From positions 44,640,001 through 44,704,000 of the forward strand of contig NC_086102.1 of NCBI RefSeq assembly GCF_963921235.1: a stretch of 64,000 nt of DNA. Reading direction: 5' to 3'. Position numbers and translations under genes: made by a program. Of the stretch, positions 1-13,849 are shown piece by piece (the stretch's first letter is position 1; every line of letters starts with the position of its first letter). The notes below the pieces were generated by a model, which saw only the letters and a program-made list of their open reading frames with translations, ran no database searches and had not been told where the DNA came from. Origin of the DNA: Mobula hypostoma. Taxonomy: Eukaryota.

Positions 1-1890
1 ATGACTTCTTTAGTTGCCTTCTGTTAGTTTTTAAGAGCTTGCCAAACCTCTAATTTCCCATTATTTTTTTGCTCTATTATATGCTTTCTCTGGCTTTTAT
101 GTTGGCTTTGACTTTTCTTGTTAGCCATGGTTATTTCACCTTACCTTTAGAATATGTCTTCCTTTTTAGGATGCATACATCTTGTGCCTTCGGATTGCTT
201 CCTGATATTCCAGCCATTGCTGCTCTGTCATCATCCCTGTCAGTGTTCTTTTCCAATCAATTCTGGCCAACTCCTCTCTCATGCCTTTGTAATTCCCTTT
301 ACTCCACTGCAATACTAATACATCTGACTTTAATTTCTCCTTCTCAAATTTCAGGGTGAATTCAATCATATTATGATCACTTGCCCCCAAGTGTTTTCTT
401 TTTATCTTAAGCTCTCTAATCAATTCCCACTCATTCCAGAATAGCTGATACTCTAGTGGGCTCAACTATGAGCTGCTCTAAAAAGCCATTCTAGAAATTT
501 CCTGTCTTGCACCAACCTTATTTCCTCAATCTACCTGCATATTGAAGTCACCATTGACTATTGTAACATTGTCCTTTTGGCATGCATCGTAAATTGTAGA
601 CCACATCTTTACTACAGTTTGGGTCTGTATACAACTCCCATCATGGTCTTTTTCCCTTGCAATTCCTTAGCTCTACCCACAATGATTCAACACCTTCCAA
701 TGTCACCTCTTTCAAATGATTTGATTTGATTTTTACTTATAGAGCCACATCAACCCCTCTGTCTTCCTGCCTGTCCTTTCGATACAATGTGCATCCTTGG
801 ACATTAAGCTCCCAGCTATAATCTTCTTTCAGCCATGATTCAGTGATGCCTACAACATCATGCTCGCCAAACTGAAACTGTGTGACAAGTTCATCTGCCT
901 TATTACATATACTGTGTGCATTCAAATATAACACATTCAGTCCTGTACTCACCCTTTTCAATTTTTCCTGCCTTCACATTGCAACTCATCCCGTTGACTG
1001 CAATTTTGCCCTGTCATCAGCCTCCCCTCACTACACGTTGCCTCTGTTTGTAAATCAACTACCTCATCTTCAGCACTATCACTCCAGTTCCCATCCCCTC
1101 CCAGACAACTCTACCCAACCTGCCTGTAAGGATGTTGGACCGCCTGTGGTTCAGGTGTAATTCGCCCCTTTTGTACAGGTTGTACCTTCCACGGAAGAGA
1201 TCCCAATCATCCATAAACCTCAACCCCTGCCCCTGCACCAGTTCCTCAGCCACACATTCACCTGCCAGATCATCCCATTCCTACCCTCACTGGCACATGG
1301 CACAGGTAACAACCCTTGCTCAGCTTTCTATCTAGCTCCCTAAAATCTCTCTTCTGTACCTCCTCACCTTTATGCACCAGTACGTCTGGCTGCTCACCCT
1401 CACCATTGAGAATGCCACGGATCTGATCCAAGACATCCCTGATCCTGGCACCAGGGAGGCAACATACCATCCATGTGTCTCCATCACATCGACAGAGCCT
1501 CGTCTCTGTTTCTCTGACTAGGGAATCTACAGTCAACACTGCAGTCCTCTTCACCTCTCTGCTCTTCTGGGCCACAACACCAGATTCAGTGCCAGAGACC
1601 CGGTCACAGTGGCTCTCCCCTGGTAGGTCGTCCCCCTCAATTATATCTAAAGTTGTATAATAATCATTGAGGGGAGTGGCCACAGGTATACTCTCACACT
1701 GCCTGCCCATTTCCCTTCCTTCTGCTGACAGTCACCCCGTTAACTGCCTCCTCCAACCTTGGCGTGACTACCTCTCTGTAGCATCTATCTATCAATCATC
1801 TCCTCATTCTCCCATATGAGTCGAAGGTCATCTAGCTGCAGCTCCAGTTCTTTGATGCGTTCTCTGAGGAGCTGCAGCTCAGTGCACCTG
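1..1890 (-). mobile_element. CR1 LINE remnant: ORF1 (coiled coil + SGNH/GDSL esterase-like) and ORF2 AP-endonuclease N-terminus
   Basis: Broken ORFs: LQLLRERIKELELQLDDL, DSLVRE...MVCCLPGARIRDV, LHLNHRRSNIL (ORF1); LNVLYLNAHSICNKADEL...GITESWL and LGASDHNMIEF (endonuclease). Confidence 0.85.
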
Positions 1891-2480
1891 GAAAGGAAGG
1901 GGAAAGACACCAGAATTAGAAACGGTGGGGAAAGGGAAGGAGGATAGCTGGAAGGTGATAGGTGAAGCCAGGTGGGTGGAAAAGGTAAAGGTCTGGAGAA
2001 GAAGGAATCTGATAGGACAGGAGAGTGGACCATAGGAGAAAGGGAAGGAGGAGGGGCACTGGGGAAGGTGATAGGCAGGTGAGAAGAGGTAAAAGGACAG
2101 AGTGGGGAAACAGAAGAAGAGGGGAGGGAGAGGAAGGAATTTTTTTACCAGAAGGAGAAATTGACATTCATGCCAACCGGTTGGAGGCTTACCAGGTGGA
2201 ATACAAGGTGTTTCTCCACACTGAGGGTGGCATCATCGTGGCACAAGAGGAAGCCATGGGCTGATGTGTTGGAATGGGAATGGGATTTGGAATTAAATTG
2301 TGGGGCCACCGGGAAGTTCTGCATTTGGCGGATGGACTGGAGGTGCACGACAAAGTGGTCCCACAATTTACGAATGGTCTCACCAGTGTAGATGAGGCTG
2401 CACTGGGAGCACTGGATAAACAGAAGACCCCAGCAGATTCACAGGTGAAGTGCTGCATCACTGTTTGGAGCCCTGAATGG
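1891..2480 (-). mobile_element. Penelope-like element fragment (GIY-YIG endonuclease + pyrimidine-rich 3' region)
   Basis: HFTCES..., HFVVHLQS...PVAPQFNS...KHLVFHLVSLQPVGMNVNFS; homologous to the better-preserved copy at 52550-53530. Confidence 0.85.
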
Positions 2481-2989
2481 ATATTTTAAAAAACATTTGC
2501 TTTCCTTTAGTAATTGTTTTCTGTCTATTAATCATCCCTGCTCGCATTCCCTTTAATTTTGCAAGTCTACTATTCTGATGAGACTTTCATGCCACTCCTC
2601 AAGCAGTTCTGGTTCAAGAAGGCCCTGTTTCAGACCACACCACTCGGTATGAACGGCAGCATTTTGGACTGGCTGACTGACAGCTAACATTAAGGTCAAT
2701 GATCAAGTCACGTTGTGTTTATTCATATTTGCACAGGTAAGGTGAAGTATGGACACAATGAAAAACCTTGTTTGCAGTAGTATCTCTGGCACATAGGTTC
2801 AGACAACACAGCAAATATAAATTATATTGTGCAGTGAAAAAAAGTATGGAAAGGCAGGAATTTAGTGCAATAACTAGAAAGACACAATGGAAGATAGGTC
2901 CATGGTAGTGAAAAGAAAGGTCTGTGGTGCTCCATTGCTCAGGTAAGCTCAGAATTGTGCAAGTAGGCAGATCCTGACCCGGATCTGGG

Positions 2990-3221
2990 CCGCACCCTCC
3001 AAATACCTGGACCTGCCTCTCGGTTTTTTTGCACTACCTTACTTCCCATTTTTCTATTTTCTATTTATGATTTATAATTTAATTTTTTAATATTTACTAG
3101 TTTTAACTATTCTAATATCTTTAATATTTGTAATCCAGGGAGTGTGAAGCGCAGAATCAAATATCGCTGTGATGATTGTACATTCTAGTACCAATTGTTT
3201 GGCGACAATAAAGTATAAAGT
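2990..3221 (+). repeat. 3' tail of a LINE/SINE-type repeat
   Basis: T-rich 3' UTR ending in AATAAA plus short aaagt repeats (gacaataaagtataaagt). Family assignment is from recall only. Confidence 0.45.
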
Positions 3222-3644
3222 TGCAGTAACTGGATCAAGAAAGTTATCACCATGAGAGAAGACAAGAGATTCATGGAATAATGGAAATTTACAGCACAGA
3301 AGAAGATCTTAAATCTGCTCTTCCCGATGGAAAGTTTGTACTCCCCAGGAACGCTTGGGCAGTTGATGGCACTGAAGTTCGTGTAATCTGGTGGAGCATG
3401 CCAACACCCCTATGTCTGTAATGTAGACTGCAATCTGAGCTTCCACTCCAGCATATCATGTGGTGACTACATGAATGGCAATGGGAACAGCTGCATCAGT
3501 TCTCAGTCTGGATCTATGAGGATGCTCGTGTAGTTAGTGGCCCAGCACTTGCATGCTTGAAGGGACGACTCCAAATCTCCACAAAGCCCTCTGCTGGACA
3601 GTTCTGACATTGCACGTCGACATACTTGCACCTCTGCTCTACTT

Positions 3645-4610
3645 GAAAATCAAAATGAACTTTATTCATAATGAAAATTATTTGCAAGAGTAAACTGTGG
3701 AATGGCCTTTCATTGTTACATTCACAGTCAATGCATTTAGTACTCTTCTATTACATACCTTAAAACCAAAGGGAGTGTTACCACTACTACAATAAATTGA
3801 GGGGCTTCCTTATGCAAACCAGCCCCTCCCTCACCTTTAGTAGAAGAACCCTACACTATGGTCCTTCCTCACTGAGCCCTTGTGGTGGCTGCACCAAGCT
3901 TTAGTGCTTTGCTCAGCTGGTCTGCGGGTCTAGGTCAGACCAAAGGGCATCTTTCACTGTGGTTATGATCTGCAGGCAGCACTTGATGTCCATGTCTGTG
4001 TGTGTCCCTGGGAGCGGCCCATAGATCGGCGGGGCCTTTGTCAAGTAGCTGCTGGGGATGAACGTGACACAGGCCCTTGCATCTTTCTTCGCACCCTCTT
4101 CACAAACCCAGTCTGCAAAGGGGTGAGTAGCTGTTTTGTCCCCATTATAGTCAGCCTGTGGGCAGCGTGCTTTGGCAATGATGGCCTGGGCATGCAGGAA
4201 GGATCTGATTGGAAGCGCCCCTCTCACTGCCAGCCAAGCAAGGTCTTTGTGCCTATTGGTAAGTTCTGTCAATGAGGCACACCTCACTAATGTTCTGCAA
4301 GATGGTCTGGACAGTCTGCACAATGAACCACCCCACTGTGCCCACCAAGTTCTTCTCCTGCAAGGTCTGCAGGCTTTTCCATAGTGACGACTGCCTGTTG
4401 GAATTGTGGTCAAAGGTGCTGGTCCAGAAGAACTTTTCGATGAAGGACAGGTAGTGTGGCAATGTCCAGTTGACTGGGATGTTGTGTAGCAATGGGGCCA
4501 GACCTATCCTTTGCAACACTGGGAACAGATAGAACCTCGGCACCTAGGTAGGTTCAAGTACTTGGGTTCCACACACAGTTTGATGCAGCCACACATCCTC
4601 CTTAATTGCC
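3645..4610 (-). mobile_element. Tx1-type (L1 clade) LINE 3' fragment
   Basis: RFYLFPVLQRIGLA...LPHYLSFIEKF and LTNRHKDLAWLAVRGALPIRSFLH...CP...THPFADW (RT C-terminal/Zn region); AATAAA at 3661-3666 on the minus strand. Confidence 0.75.
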
Positions 4611-5559
4611 CACATTCACCTATTAGAAGAGCTAAGTAAGCTAATTCCTTCTGCTCAAAAGTGTATTTGTTTTCTTTAAATTCAATATAATGCTGATACA
4701 GTCTTCTGAACCCTTGTTTAATGGTATTGTTCCATGGCATAAAACTGGCCATAGGGGTAAGATAAATCTAGTCTGGTGGCCATATAAGTACTGAGAAGCA
4801 GGTGGAGGAAACTGTTTATCCATTCTATTAAGGATCAATAGAAAATCTCTGCAAAACCATTTGGTTTGGGCAGCACCATATTGCTTCGTTATGCTTTCAC
4901 CATTAGCTTCTCATTCCAGTTTGTGCAGTGCTTCTTTTATTTTAACTATGTACAAAATCAGTCTGGGTTTGCAGTGGACTAAATTGGCATTTTGTTAAAT
5001 ACATATATTAGCTTAATCCCCTTTATGGCCTGCATGTGAATTCTTAAACATACCTTCATAGCGTTACAGAATCTTCTTTAAATATGGTTATGACATATTC
5101 AAGGTAAGCTACGTTTTTACAATATATCCTCAGGACTTGCATTTGTACAAAAATATGAACTAGCAGAAAGAATACAGCACTTGTCCCCTTAAGCACAATC
5201 CACCATTCAATCAGGTTGTGACCTAAGTAACGCACCCTCTTTTTTAAAAATCAAGAATCTACCAATCTCTGTCTTAAAAATATTCAAAAACTCTGCTTCC
5301 ACCATCCTTCAAGGACGAAAGTACAAAAACTTTTGACTACTGAGAGAGAAAAAGAAGAACTTCCGTGGGTCTTAATCAAGGCACCTAGTTCTAGATTCCG
5401 AGGAAAATACTACGGCCTGCCACCGATCCCAATAGATCAGTGTTACATCAGAAAAAAGACACATTTATGCCTGCAGTTTTCTGTTAAATAGTCAATCTTC
5501 TCACCACACTAATATGTTACTTCCTATATCATGGACTTCTCTTCCCTGATATGGCGCCT

Positions 5560-6200
5560 TGTCAAATGCTTTCTGGAATAGTAACTACAGCACATCCACA
5601 GGTTCACTTTTATCCACCAGACATGTTCCATACTTACAGAATTCCAAAAGAGTGCTCAAACATGATTTCCTTTTCATAAAACCCATTTGGACAATTACCT
5701 TAAATGTTCCTACGTTCTTGTTCTAACCTATTTGATAATAACTTCTTTATTTCCCTTTAACAGTTGTTAGGCAAACTGACCTGCAGTTTCCTGCTTTCAG
5801 TCTTCCTTTTTGAATGAAGTTATATTTTAATCAACCAAGAAATACAGCAGATCAGGAGATTATGAAAAATTAAAGTAAAAACATCATTTATCTCACAAAC
5901 CACTTCCTGAAAGATCATAGGATGAAGTCCATTGCATTCCAGAGAGCCAACAACCCCACAACTCTCCCGTCCAATGATTTGTCCAACACCTCTTCTGTGG
6001 CAATTGTAATCTTCCTGAATTCCTCCCTCCCTTCTGATTCCTGACACATCCATTTCTGAGGTGTTACTCATTCCTTCTATGGTGAAGACAAATAAAAATA
6101 AATAAGTATTTGATTTAACTGTCAAATCATTATTTCCCATTATTAATTTCCAGGACTCAGTTTCTATAGGGCCAGTGCTCAATTAGTTAACATTTGATCC
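5560..6200 (-). mobile_element. CR1 LINE ORF2 fragment (degenerate)
   Basis: Remnants such as STGPIETESWKLIMGN and a degenerate KS-x-G-x-DGLHP motif. Confidence 0.7.
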
Positions 6201-6521
6201 AGTTTGATTGCCTTTCATTCTCTTCTCAATTGTTGGACTAGACACTTCAACTATTGTTTTTTAGTTTGATATTTTGATTTTTTTTTAGTTAGCCATGTGA
6301 GTCCTTGTGCATCTGACCTGTACACTGTAAGACCCACCCTCCCTCCTCTCCTGTAAACTCAACTTTGTATCTCAGGAGACTGATTCAGAGAACATTTACA
6401 TGACATTCTGCAAAGGTATGTTCTATTAAAGCAGGAAAAAGAGGGTAGGGTAAAGGAACCATGCTGTACAAAGGATGTAGAAAATCAAGTTAAGAAGAAA
6501 AACTTATGAAAGGTTCAAGAA

Positions 6522-8370
6522 ACTAGGTATTGTTAGAGCTCTGGAAAATTACAAGGTTGCCAGGAAAGAGCTTAAGAATGAAATTAGGAGAGGTAGAAGG
6601 GGCCATGAGAAAGCCTTGGTGAGCAGGATTAAGGAAAACCCCAAGGCATTCTACAAGGATATGAAGAGCAAGAGGACGAGCCATGTGAGGATGGGACCAG
6701 TCAGGTCTGATAGTGGAAATGTGTGCATGGAGTCTGAGGAGGTAGTGGAGGTATTTATGAATACTTTGCTTCAATATTAACCAGGGAAAAGGACCTTGGC
6801 AATTGTAGGGATGACTTACAGTGGACTGAAATGCTGGAGCTTTAGAAAAGCATTATGTTAGATAAGTCACCGGGTCCAGACTAGATATACCCTAGGCTAC
6901 TGTAGGAAGCAAGGGAGGACATTACTGAGCCGCTGACAATGGTCTTTGCATCATCAGTAGGGATGGGAGAAATACCAGAGGATTAGAGGGTTGCAATTGT
7001 TGTTCCTTTGTTCAAGAAAGGGAGTAGAGATAACCCAGGAAATTATAGACCAGTGTGTCTTACTTTAGTAGCGGGCAAGTTGTTGAAGATCCTGAGAGGC
7101 AGGATGAGCATTTGGAGAGATATAATCTGATTAGGGATAGTCACCATGGCTTTGTCAAGTGTGTGTCCTACCTTACAAGCCTAATTAAATTCTTTGATGT
7201 AACAAAACACATTGATGAAGGTAGAGCAGTGGATATAGTGTGTATAGATTTCAGTACGGCATTTGATAAGGTTCCCCATGCAAGGCTCTTTCAGAAAATA
7301 AGGAGGCATGGGATCCAAGGAGAACTTGCTTTATAGATCCAAAATTGGCTTGCCCACAGAAGGCAAAGGGTGGTTGTAGATGGTTTGTATTCTGCATTGG
7401 GATCAGTTACCAGTGGTGTTCTGCAGGGATCTGTTCTAGGACCCCTCCTCTTTGTGATTTTTATAAATGACCTGGATGAGGAAGTAGAACGGTGGGTTAG
7501 TAAGTCTGCTGATAACACAAAAGTATGGAGTGTTGTGGATAGTCAATGGTTGTCAGAGTTTACAGCGGGATATCGGTAGGATGCAGAACTGGGCTGAGAG
7601 GTGGCAAATGATGTTCAACCCAGATAAGTGTGAAGTGGTTCATTTTGGTAGGTCAAATTTGAAGACAGAATATAATAATGTTAAGACTCTTGGCAGTGTG
7701 GAGGATCAAGAGATCTTGGGGGTTGGTGTCTATAGGACGCTTAAAGCTGCTGCGCAGGTTGACCTTCATTAACTGTGGGATTGAGTTCAAGAGCTGTGAG
7801 GTAATGTTACACCTATATAAGACCTTGGTCAGACCCCACTTGGAGTACTGTGTTCAGTTCTGGAACCTCACTACAGGAAAGATGTGGATACTATAGAGTG
7901 CAGAGGAGATTTACAATGATTTTGCCTGGATTGGAGAGTGTGGCTCATGAGAACAGGTTGAGTGAACCTGGCCTTTTTTCCTTGGAGCGATGGAGGATGA
8001 GAGGTGACCTGATCGAGGTGTATAGAAGATGAGAGGCATTGATTATGTGGATAGCCAGAGGCTCTTACCCAAGGCTGAAATGGCTAACAGGAGGAGGCAT
8101 AGTTTTAAGGTGCTTGGAAGTAGTTACAGGGAGCATGTCAAGGTTAACATTTTCACAGTGTTGGGTGCATTGAATGCACTGCCAGCAATGGTGATGGAGT
8201 CGGATACAATAGGGTCTTTTAAGAGACTCTTAGATAGGTACATGAAGCTTAAAAAATTGAGGGCTATGCAGTAGGGAAATTCTAGGCAGTTTCTAGAGTA
8301 GGTTATACGGTCGGCACAACATTTGGACCGAAGGGCCTGTAATGTGCTGTCGATTTCTATGTTCTATGTT
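6522..8370 (+). mobile_element. CR1 LINE, 5'-truncated, RT domain through 3' tail
   Basis: DFSTAFDKVPH, GVLQGSVLGPLLFVIFINDLD, SADNTK, LVRPHLEYCVQFW; ends in (TTCTATG)n tail. Confidence 0.92.
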
Positions 8371-8374
8371 AATT

Positions 8375-11110
8375 GATAGAAACAAAGAATCGCAGAATGG
8401 GATAACACAAAAACAAGCCTCTTTGGCCCATCTTATCCATGCCTTATCTCATTTTCCAACATCAGACCCACACCTATCTGCTCCTCTCTTATCAAGTACC
8501 TATCCAGTGCCTTTTAAATATTGTAATAGTAAATGCCTCCACTATCACGTCTGGCAGCCCTTTCCAGATATTCGCCCCTTCTTTATGAAAACTTTGCCCT
8601 TCAGAAGGCCTTTAACTTTTTTCCCTTTTCATCTGCACCTGTGCTCTTCAGCTCTGAGCGTCAGCTCCTCTGAGTAAAAGATTTTAACTATCTATCCTAT
8701 CCTACCCATCTATCATGCCTATCGTAATTTGTAAGCCTCTGCAAACTTCAGTTTCCTACGTTCCAGTGGGATTAAATCCAGCCAATCCATCTGTCTTTTA
8801 AAGTGCAGTATACCATTCCAGGAAACATCCCAGTGAATCTCCTCTGCACTCTCTCTAATGCTATTACAGGCATGTCCTTCCTACATTATGGCAAGTAGAA
8901 CTGTACCTAATACTTTATGTGCAGTCTCAACAATGTTCCCATAGCTGCAACACTATTTCCCCAATTTTGTAGTCAATGCCTGTGCCTATTAAGGCAAACA
9001 TAGCAAATGGCAATTTCTTTATCCTATTCTCTTATGTTGTCACTTTTAGGGAGCTGTGGACTTGCATTCAAATCTCTCTATATGAAATACTCCCATGGTC
9101 TTTGCCGTTTACTCCATTTGTTCAACCAAATTTGACTTCCTGAAGTGAATGAGAACATTGAACAGTACTGGCCCCTCAGCTGATGATGCTGTGCCAACCT
9201 TTTAAGCTATTCCAAGATCAAACTAACATTCCTTCCCTCTTACAGAACGCTCAATTTTTCTTTCATCCATATACCTATCCAAGAACTTCTTAAATGTCAC
9301 AAATGTATTTGTTTCTACCACTACTCCCAGAAGTACATTCCATGCACTTACCGCTGTCTTGGTGAGAAAACAACATCTGCCATACCCCTATACTTCTTTC
9401 CAATCACCTTAAAAGTATGTCCTCTCATATTTGTGATTACCACCCTGGGAAAAAGCCTCTTATCATCATATACACCTCTATCTGGTTGACTTTCATCCTA
9501 CATTTCAAAGAGAAAAGCTCAAAGCTCACTCAACCAAGATATATTCTCTAATTTAGACAACATCCTGGTAAATCTCCTCTGCACTCTCTCTAAAGCTTTC
9601 AAAATGAGGTGACCAGAACTGAATGCTATACTCCAAGTGTGGTCTAACAGAATTTTATAGAGCTGTAACATTAACAAGTGGCTCTTTAACTCATTCCCCT
9701 GACTAACAAAGGCCAACACACTTCAAAATACCACGTCACCGACGGACTTCCACGCAGAATGCACTTTATCTGCTTTATCCTTTGTCTTCTGTAAGCAATC
9801 CATTTCCAAATCTATGCTGTCACGTTCCCTGGCTTTCAGAATGAGAACTATTGGAGAACCTTGTCAAACGCTTTGCTAAAATCCATATAAACCATAGACA
9901 CTGCACTATCTTCACAAATGTGATTTGTCACTTCCTCAATAATTCAATCAGGCTCATAAAGCAAGACCTGCCCCTTAGAGTCATGTTGACTATCCCTAAT
10001 CAGACTGTGCTTCTCCAAATGCTCGTAAATTCTGTCACTAAGAATCCTCTTCAATAGTTTACCCTCCACTAATATAAGACTCAACTTTATCCCTATCACC
10101 TTTCTTGAACAAAGGAATAACATCTGCCATCCTGTGGTACTTCTCCTTTGGCCAGTGAGGACACAAAGATCGTCACCAACAGTGTTGCAATCTCTTTCTT
10201 TGCTTTTCATGGTGACCTGGGTGTATCCCATCTGCCCCAGTGAATTATCAATTCTAATGATTCTTCAGAGGTTCCAACACTGCCTTTTTCTTAACCTCAC
10301 CATAATCCAGTGCATTAGCCTGTTCTACGCTGGCCTCACATTTATCAAGGTCCCTCTCACTGAATACTGAAGGGATCTCCCCTTACCACACACTTGTCTG
10401 GATTGAGTTCCATCTCCACTGCTCTGCCCAACGTTCCAGTTCACTATCTATGACTCCACCAATTTTTGTCACCTGAAAATTTAATAAGCGAACATGCTAC
10501 ATTCTCAATTTCACTTGTATCTATTACATATAACAAATGTCCCAGTAAAAATACCTGTAGTACACTGTTTGTTACAGATTTCCAGTCAGGAAATTAGGTA
10601 TCTAGTCCTACTCTGTCTCCTATCTCCTAAGCAAAATTGGATCAGTAGAGCCACTCCTCCGTCTTTTACTAGCATCCAGGTCTTCCCACTCTTTAATATT
10701 CTGATCTCAATCTGACCTTATTTTGCAGCCATATCCTGGTCATGGTTACCAAATCATATTTACTCTGAAGTTCAAATACTTTATGCTGTACCGGTTTAGA
10801 TGAAGTCTTCAGTTGTACTCTGATGCTTTTTTGTGACCTCTGGTCTTATCTGCTAGATCCTCAATCATTTCTCCCTTGAGTTAGGTTTGATCATACAATC
10901 ACTCATTCGAATCTTGATTTTTATTCATTATGGAGGACCATGTATTCTATTTGTCCCTATGTTCTTAGAGATTCACATTTCAGGAGTTTCTTGTTAATGG
11001 CATTCTACTAAACTTTTTGTCACATGTATCCTTTTTCAGAATGCCTAGGTCAATTTTCATATTAATGTCTTGTCCTTAACCTTGGACCTCCAAGAGGACC
11101 ACAGCCTTTT
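8375..11110 (-). mobile_element. Cluster of older CR1 fragments (3' ends and RT pieces)
   Basis: MLAFVSQGNELKSH..., ALERVQRRFTRML, RILSDRIYEHLEKHSLIRDSQH; CR1-type 3' ends near 8375 and 9150. Confidence 0.75.
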
Positions 11111-12679
11111 CATGGTCTGGAGGCTAGTGTGTCTCAATGACCCAGAGAACTATTTTGTCTGGAGTCAGGGCTTTATGCTTTAGCTCTTGGTCAAATCACC
11201 CATCAAACTGGTCAAAGGGTAGAGGCCAGACTAGGAGTGATCCACCAGTCCTCCAGGTTCAGGGGTTCAGTTCAGGGCTAACAGCCCTGACTGGTAAAAC
11301 AAAGTTGTTATGGAAACAGCAATGAAGAATCCTTTTACATCTGAGAGGTTGACAGACAAAAATGGTGGACCTTTATTGCTGCCCTAAATGTCAGTGGCAT
11401 AACAGGCAGCAAGTAAGTAACTTTAATTTGGACTTTTTTTTGTTCAATCTCTACTGCTTTTGTGCTGATTAAAGTAAACTCTGCATTTCTCAGCCAGCTC
11501 AGCTATGTAAACCACACTTTATTATTTTTTTAAATTATCATTATCTCCCTTTCATTAGGGAATGAAATTTCATGGGTGCATGACTTCCACAACCAAGGTC
11601 TTAGAATGACTTGCCTTGTCTTATTTACTACAGTTTCAAACATATAACCTTTCACAAACTCCAATGACACTGAGTTGCAGCATTTCTATGACTTCATTAA
11701 ATGAGATTTTGATCATCCAAAGGGACATATTTAAGTCAGTCAATATCTGGCTCAATTTCTACTAATAGGATCATTCCTTGCTTCTGTATGGCCTTTCTCC
11801 TTGCCCCCATCCTCTAACAACATTATTGGCCGTGAACAGGACCGAAAGTGACCTAAAATTCCTTAACGGTGTTGGCAGTACTGTAAATATAGCATCAGCC
11901 ATTTTCTCATGGACACTTCCAGTCAGCCCATTGTAGCTTACCTTCATCTCTGGTTCCAAAGAAACATTTCCAACTGAACCTGCCTGGGAATAGGTCCCCA
12001 TTTTGAACTCTCGTCCAGGTTGACAGTTACATGGTTTGCCTCTTTATCAGCTCTTGTCACATAGCCGTCTTTTGAAATGGCCAAATAAACCCAGTCTATC
12101 CAAGGAGCCATTACAGATGGACAATTCATGCTGTTTTACTAACAACGTCCGCATTCTGTGAAGGGATAAATAAAAGCTAGCAGATGAAATTCAGTTGCCT
12201 GATGCATTAATTTTTGTGTTGATTATAGTATTGCTGCTTACATTTCTGGTGACAGAAAGCAGTTGTTTGGTGGAGGTGAGGATGTTGAAGAGGTTGTGGG
12301 AGTGATTATGGGGTGTTGCTAGTAGGATGCTTCCAGCTGTTCTCTGAAAGCACTACAAGCTAGGGATACAGAAATCCTCCTGCTTCATTTCTTGGTGCCT
12401 TATTGGCAATGGGGATTAGCCCCTCATTATTCCAAAGTTTAGGTACTTGTAACAGACAATCTCTAACCTGGATTCCTGCAAAAATCCCCAGCAATTGTTC
12501 AGGTAATGAAAGAGTCACTTGAGCACATCTCTTGTTCATTAACTGATGTTACTGATGGTAATGGCTCTGCCAAAAAAAAAACATGGCAGCTGTGTTCAAG
12601 TTCCTATCAAGGCTGATTATCTACACTTTGACACCCAAAGGTTAACCTGACATCATAGGTAAAGCCCTTCCCACCATTG

Positions 12680-13127
12680 AGCACATCCACAAGGAATGCC
12701 AATGCAGGAAAGCAGCATCCATCATCAAGGATCCCCATCATCCAGGCCATGCTCTCTTCTCACTGCTGCCATCAAGGAGGAGGTACAGGAGCTATAGGTC
12801 CCATACCACCAGGTTCAGGAACAGTTATTACCCCTCAACCCACTCTTGAACCAGAGGGGGTAACTTCACATGCCAACACTCAACTGATTCCCCAACCTAT
12901 GGACTCACTTTTAATGATTCTACAACTCAAGTTCTCAGCTTTATTTATTTATTGAATTTGCACAATTTGCTGTCTTTTGCACGTTAGTTGCTTGTCAGTT
13001 TTTATTGTATGCAGTTTTTCATTGATTCTATTGTGTTTCTTTGTATTTACTGTGAATGCCCACAAAAACAATATTGGGATTGTATATGGTGATATCTGTA
13101 CTTTGATAATAAATTTGCTTTGAACTT
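12680..13127 (+). mobile_element. Rex1/Babar LINE 3' end
   Basis: LPSRRRYRSYRSHTTRFRNSYYPST-type C-terminus, then 3' UTR with aataaatttgctttgaac. Confidence 0.75.
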
Positions 13128-13214
13128 GGCACTCATGAGCTTGGTATTCTGATTGAAGCAAAGGCAGCACAATAAAGAATGCAGGATATAATAATCATTT
13201 TTAAATAATCAAAT

Positions 13215-13575
13215 TTTGCACCCCCTTCCCGTCCTCTTCTATTCCCTTCTCTGGCCTCTTACCCCTTCTCACCTGTCTATCACCTCTCCTTGGTGACCCT
13301 CCTCCTTTACTTTCTCCTGCAGTCCACTCTCTTTTCTTATCAGATTCCTTTCCCTCCAGTCCTTTACCTTTCCCACCCACCTGGCTTCCCCTGCTCCTTC
13401 TAGCTACCCTCCTGCCCCCTTTTTCATCTGGCATCTTCCCCCTTCCTTTCCAGTCCTGAAGAAGGGTCTTTGACTGCCTGTTCATTTCCATAGATGCTGC
13501 CTGTCCTGCTGAGTTCCTACAGCACTTTGCGTGGGTTGCTTTGGAGTTCTAGCATTTGCAGAATTTCTTGTGTTT
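13215..13575 (+). mobile_element. Penelope-like 3' region/pLTR with internally deleted hammerhead motif
   Basis: Pyrimidine-rich tract, then cagtcctgaagaagggtct[deletion]tgactg, gatgctgcctgtcctgctgag and the agcatttgcagaatttcttgtg terminus. Confidence 0.8.
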
Positions 13576-13849
13576 GTAATAATCATGTTTAATTAACAGA
13601 ATTGTATTTGGTGTACTGCCCAATGCTACAAACTAGAAGTGAGAAAATGAGAAGTGATTGATATTGATTGAAAGTTAGGCCAATCCAAACCAAATGGATG
13701 CTGTCACTATAACCTCAGGCAAAACTTGGTGCTTGGCTGCCATGTTCATTTTACCCATTGGAAAGGAGATGGAGGTGTCTTTACTGGCAGTGACATCCCA
13801 GTTGTCTTCTCTGATTATCCCATTGCACTGGATACCTTACAGATACCTT

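Noticed and set aside
11771-12160. Exon-like segment with good minus-strand acceptor (tcacag) and donor (AAG|gtaagc) and two short ORFs
   Set aside because: All three frames between the splice sites contain stops, and no protein family was recognised.
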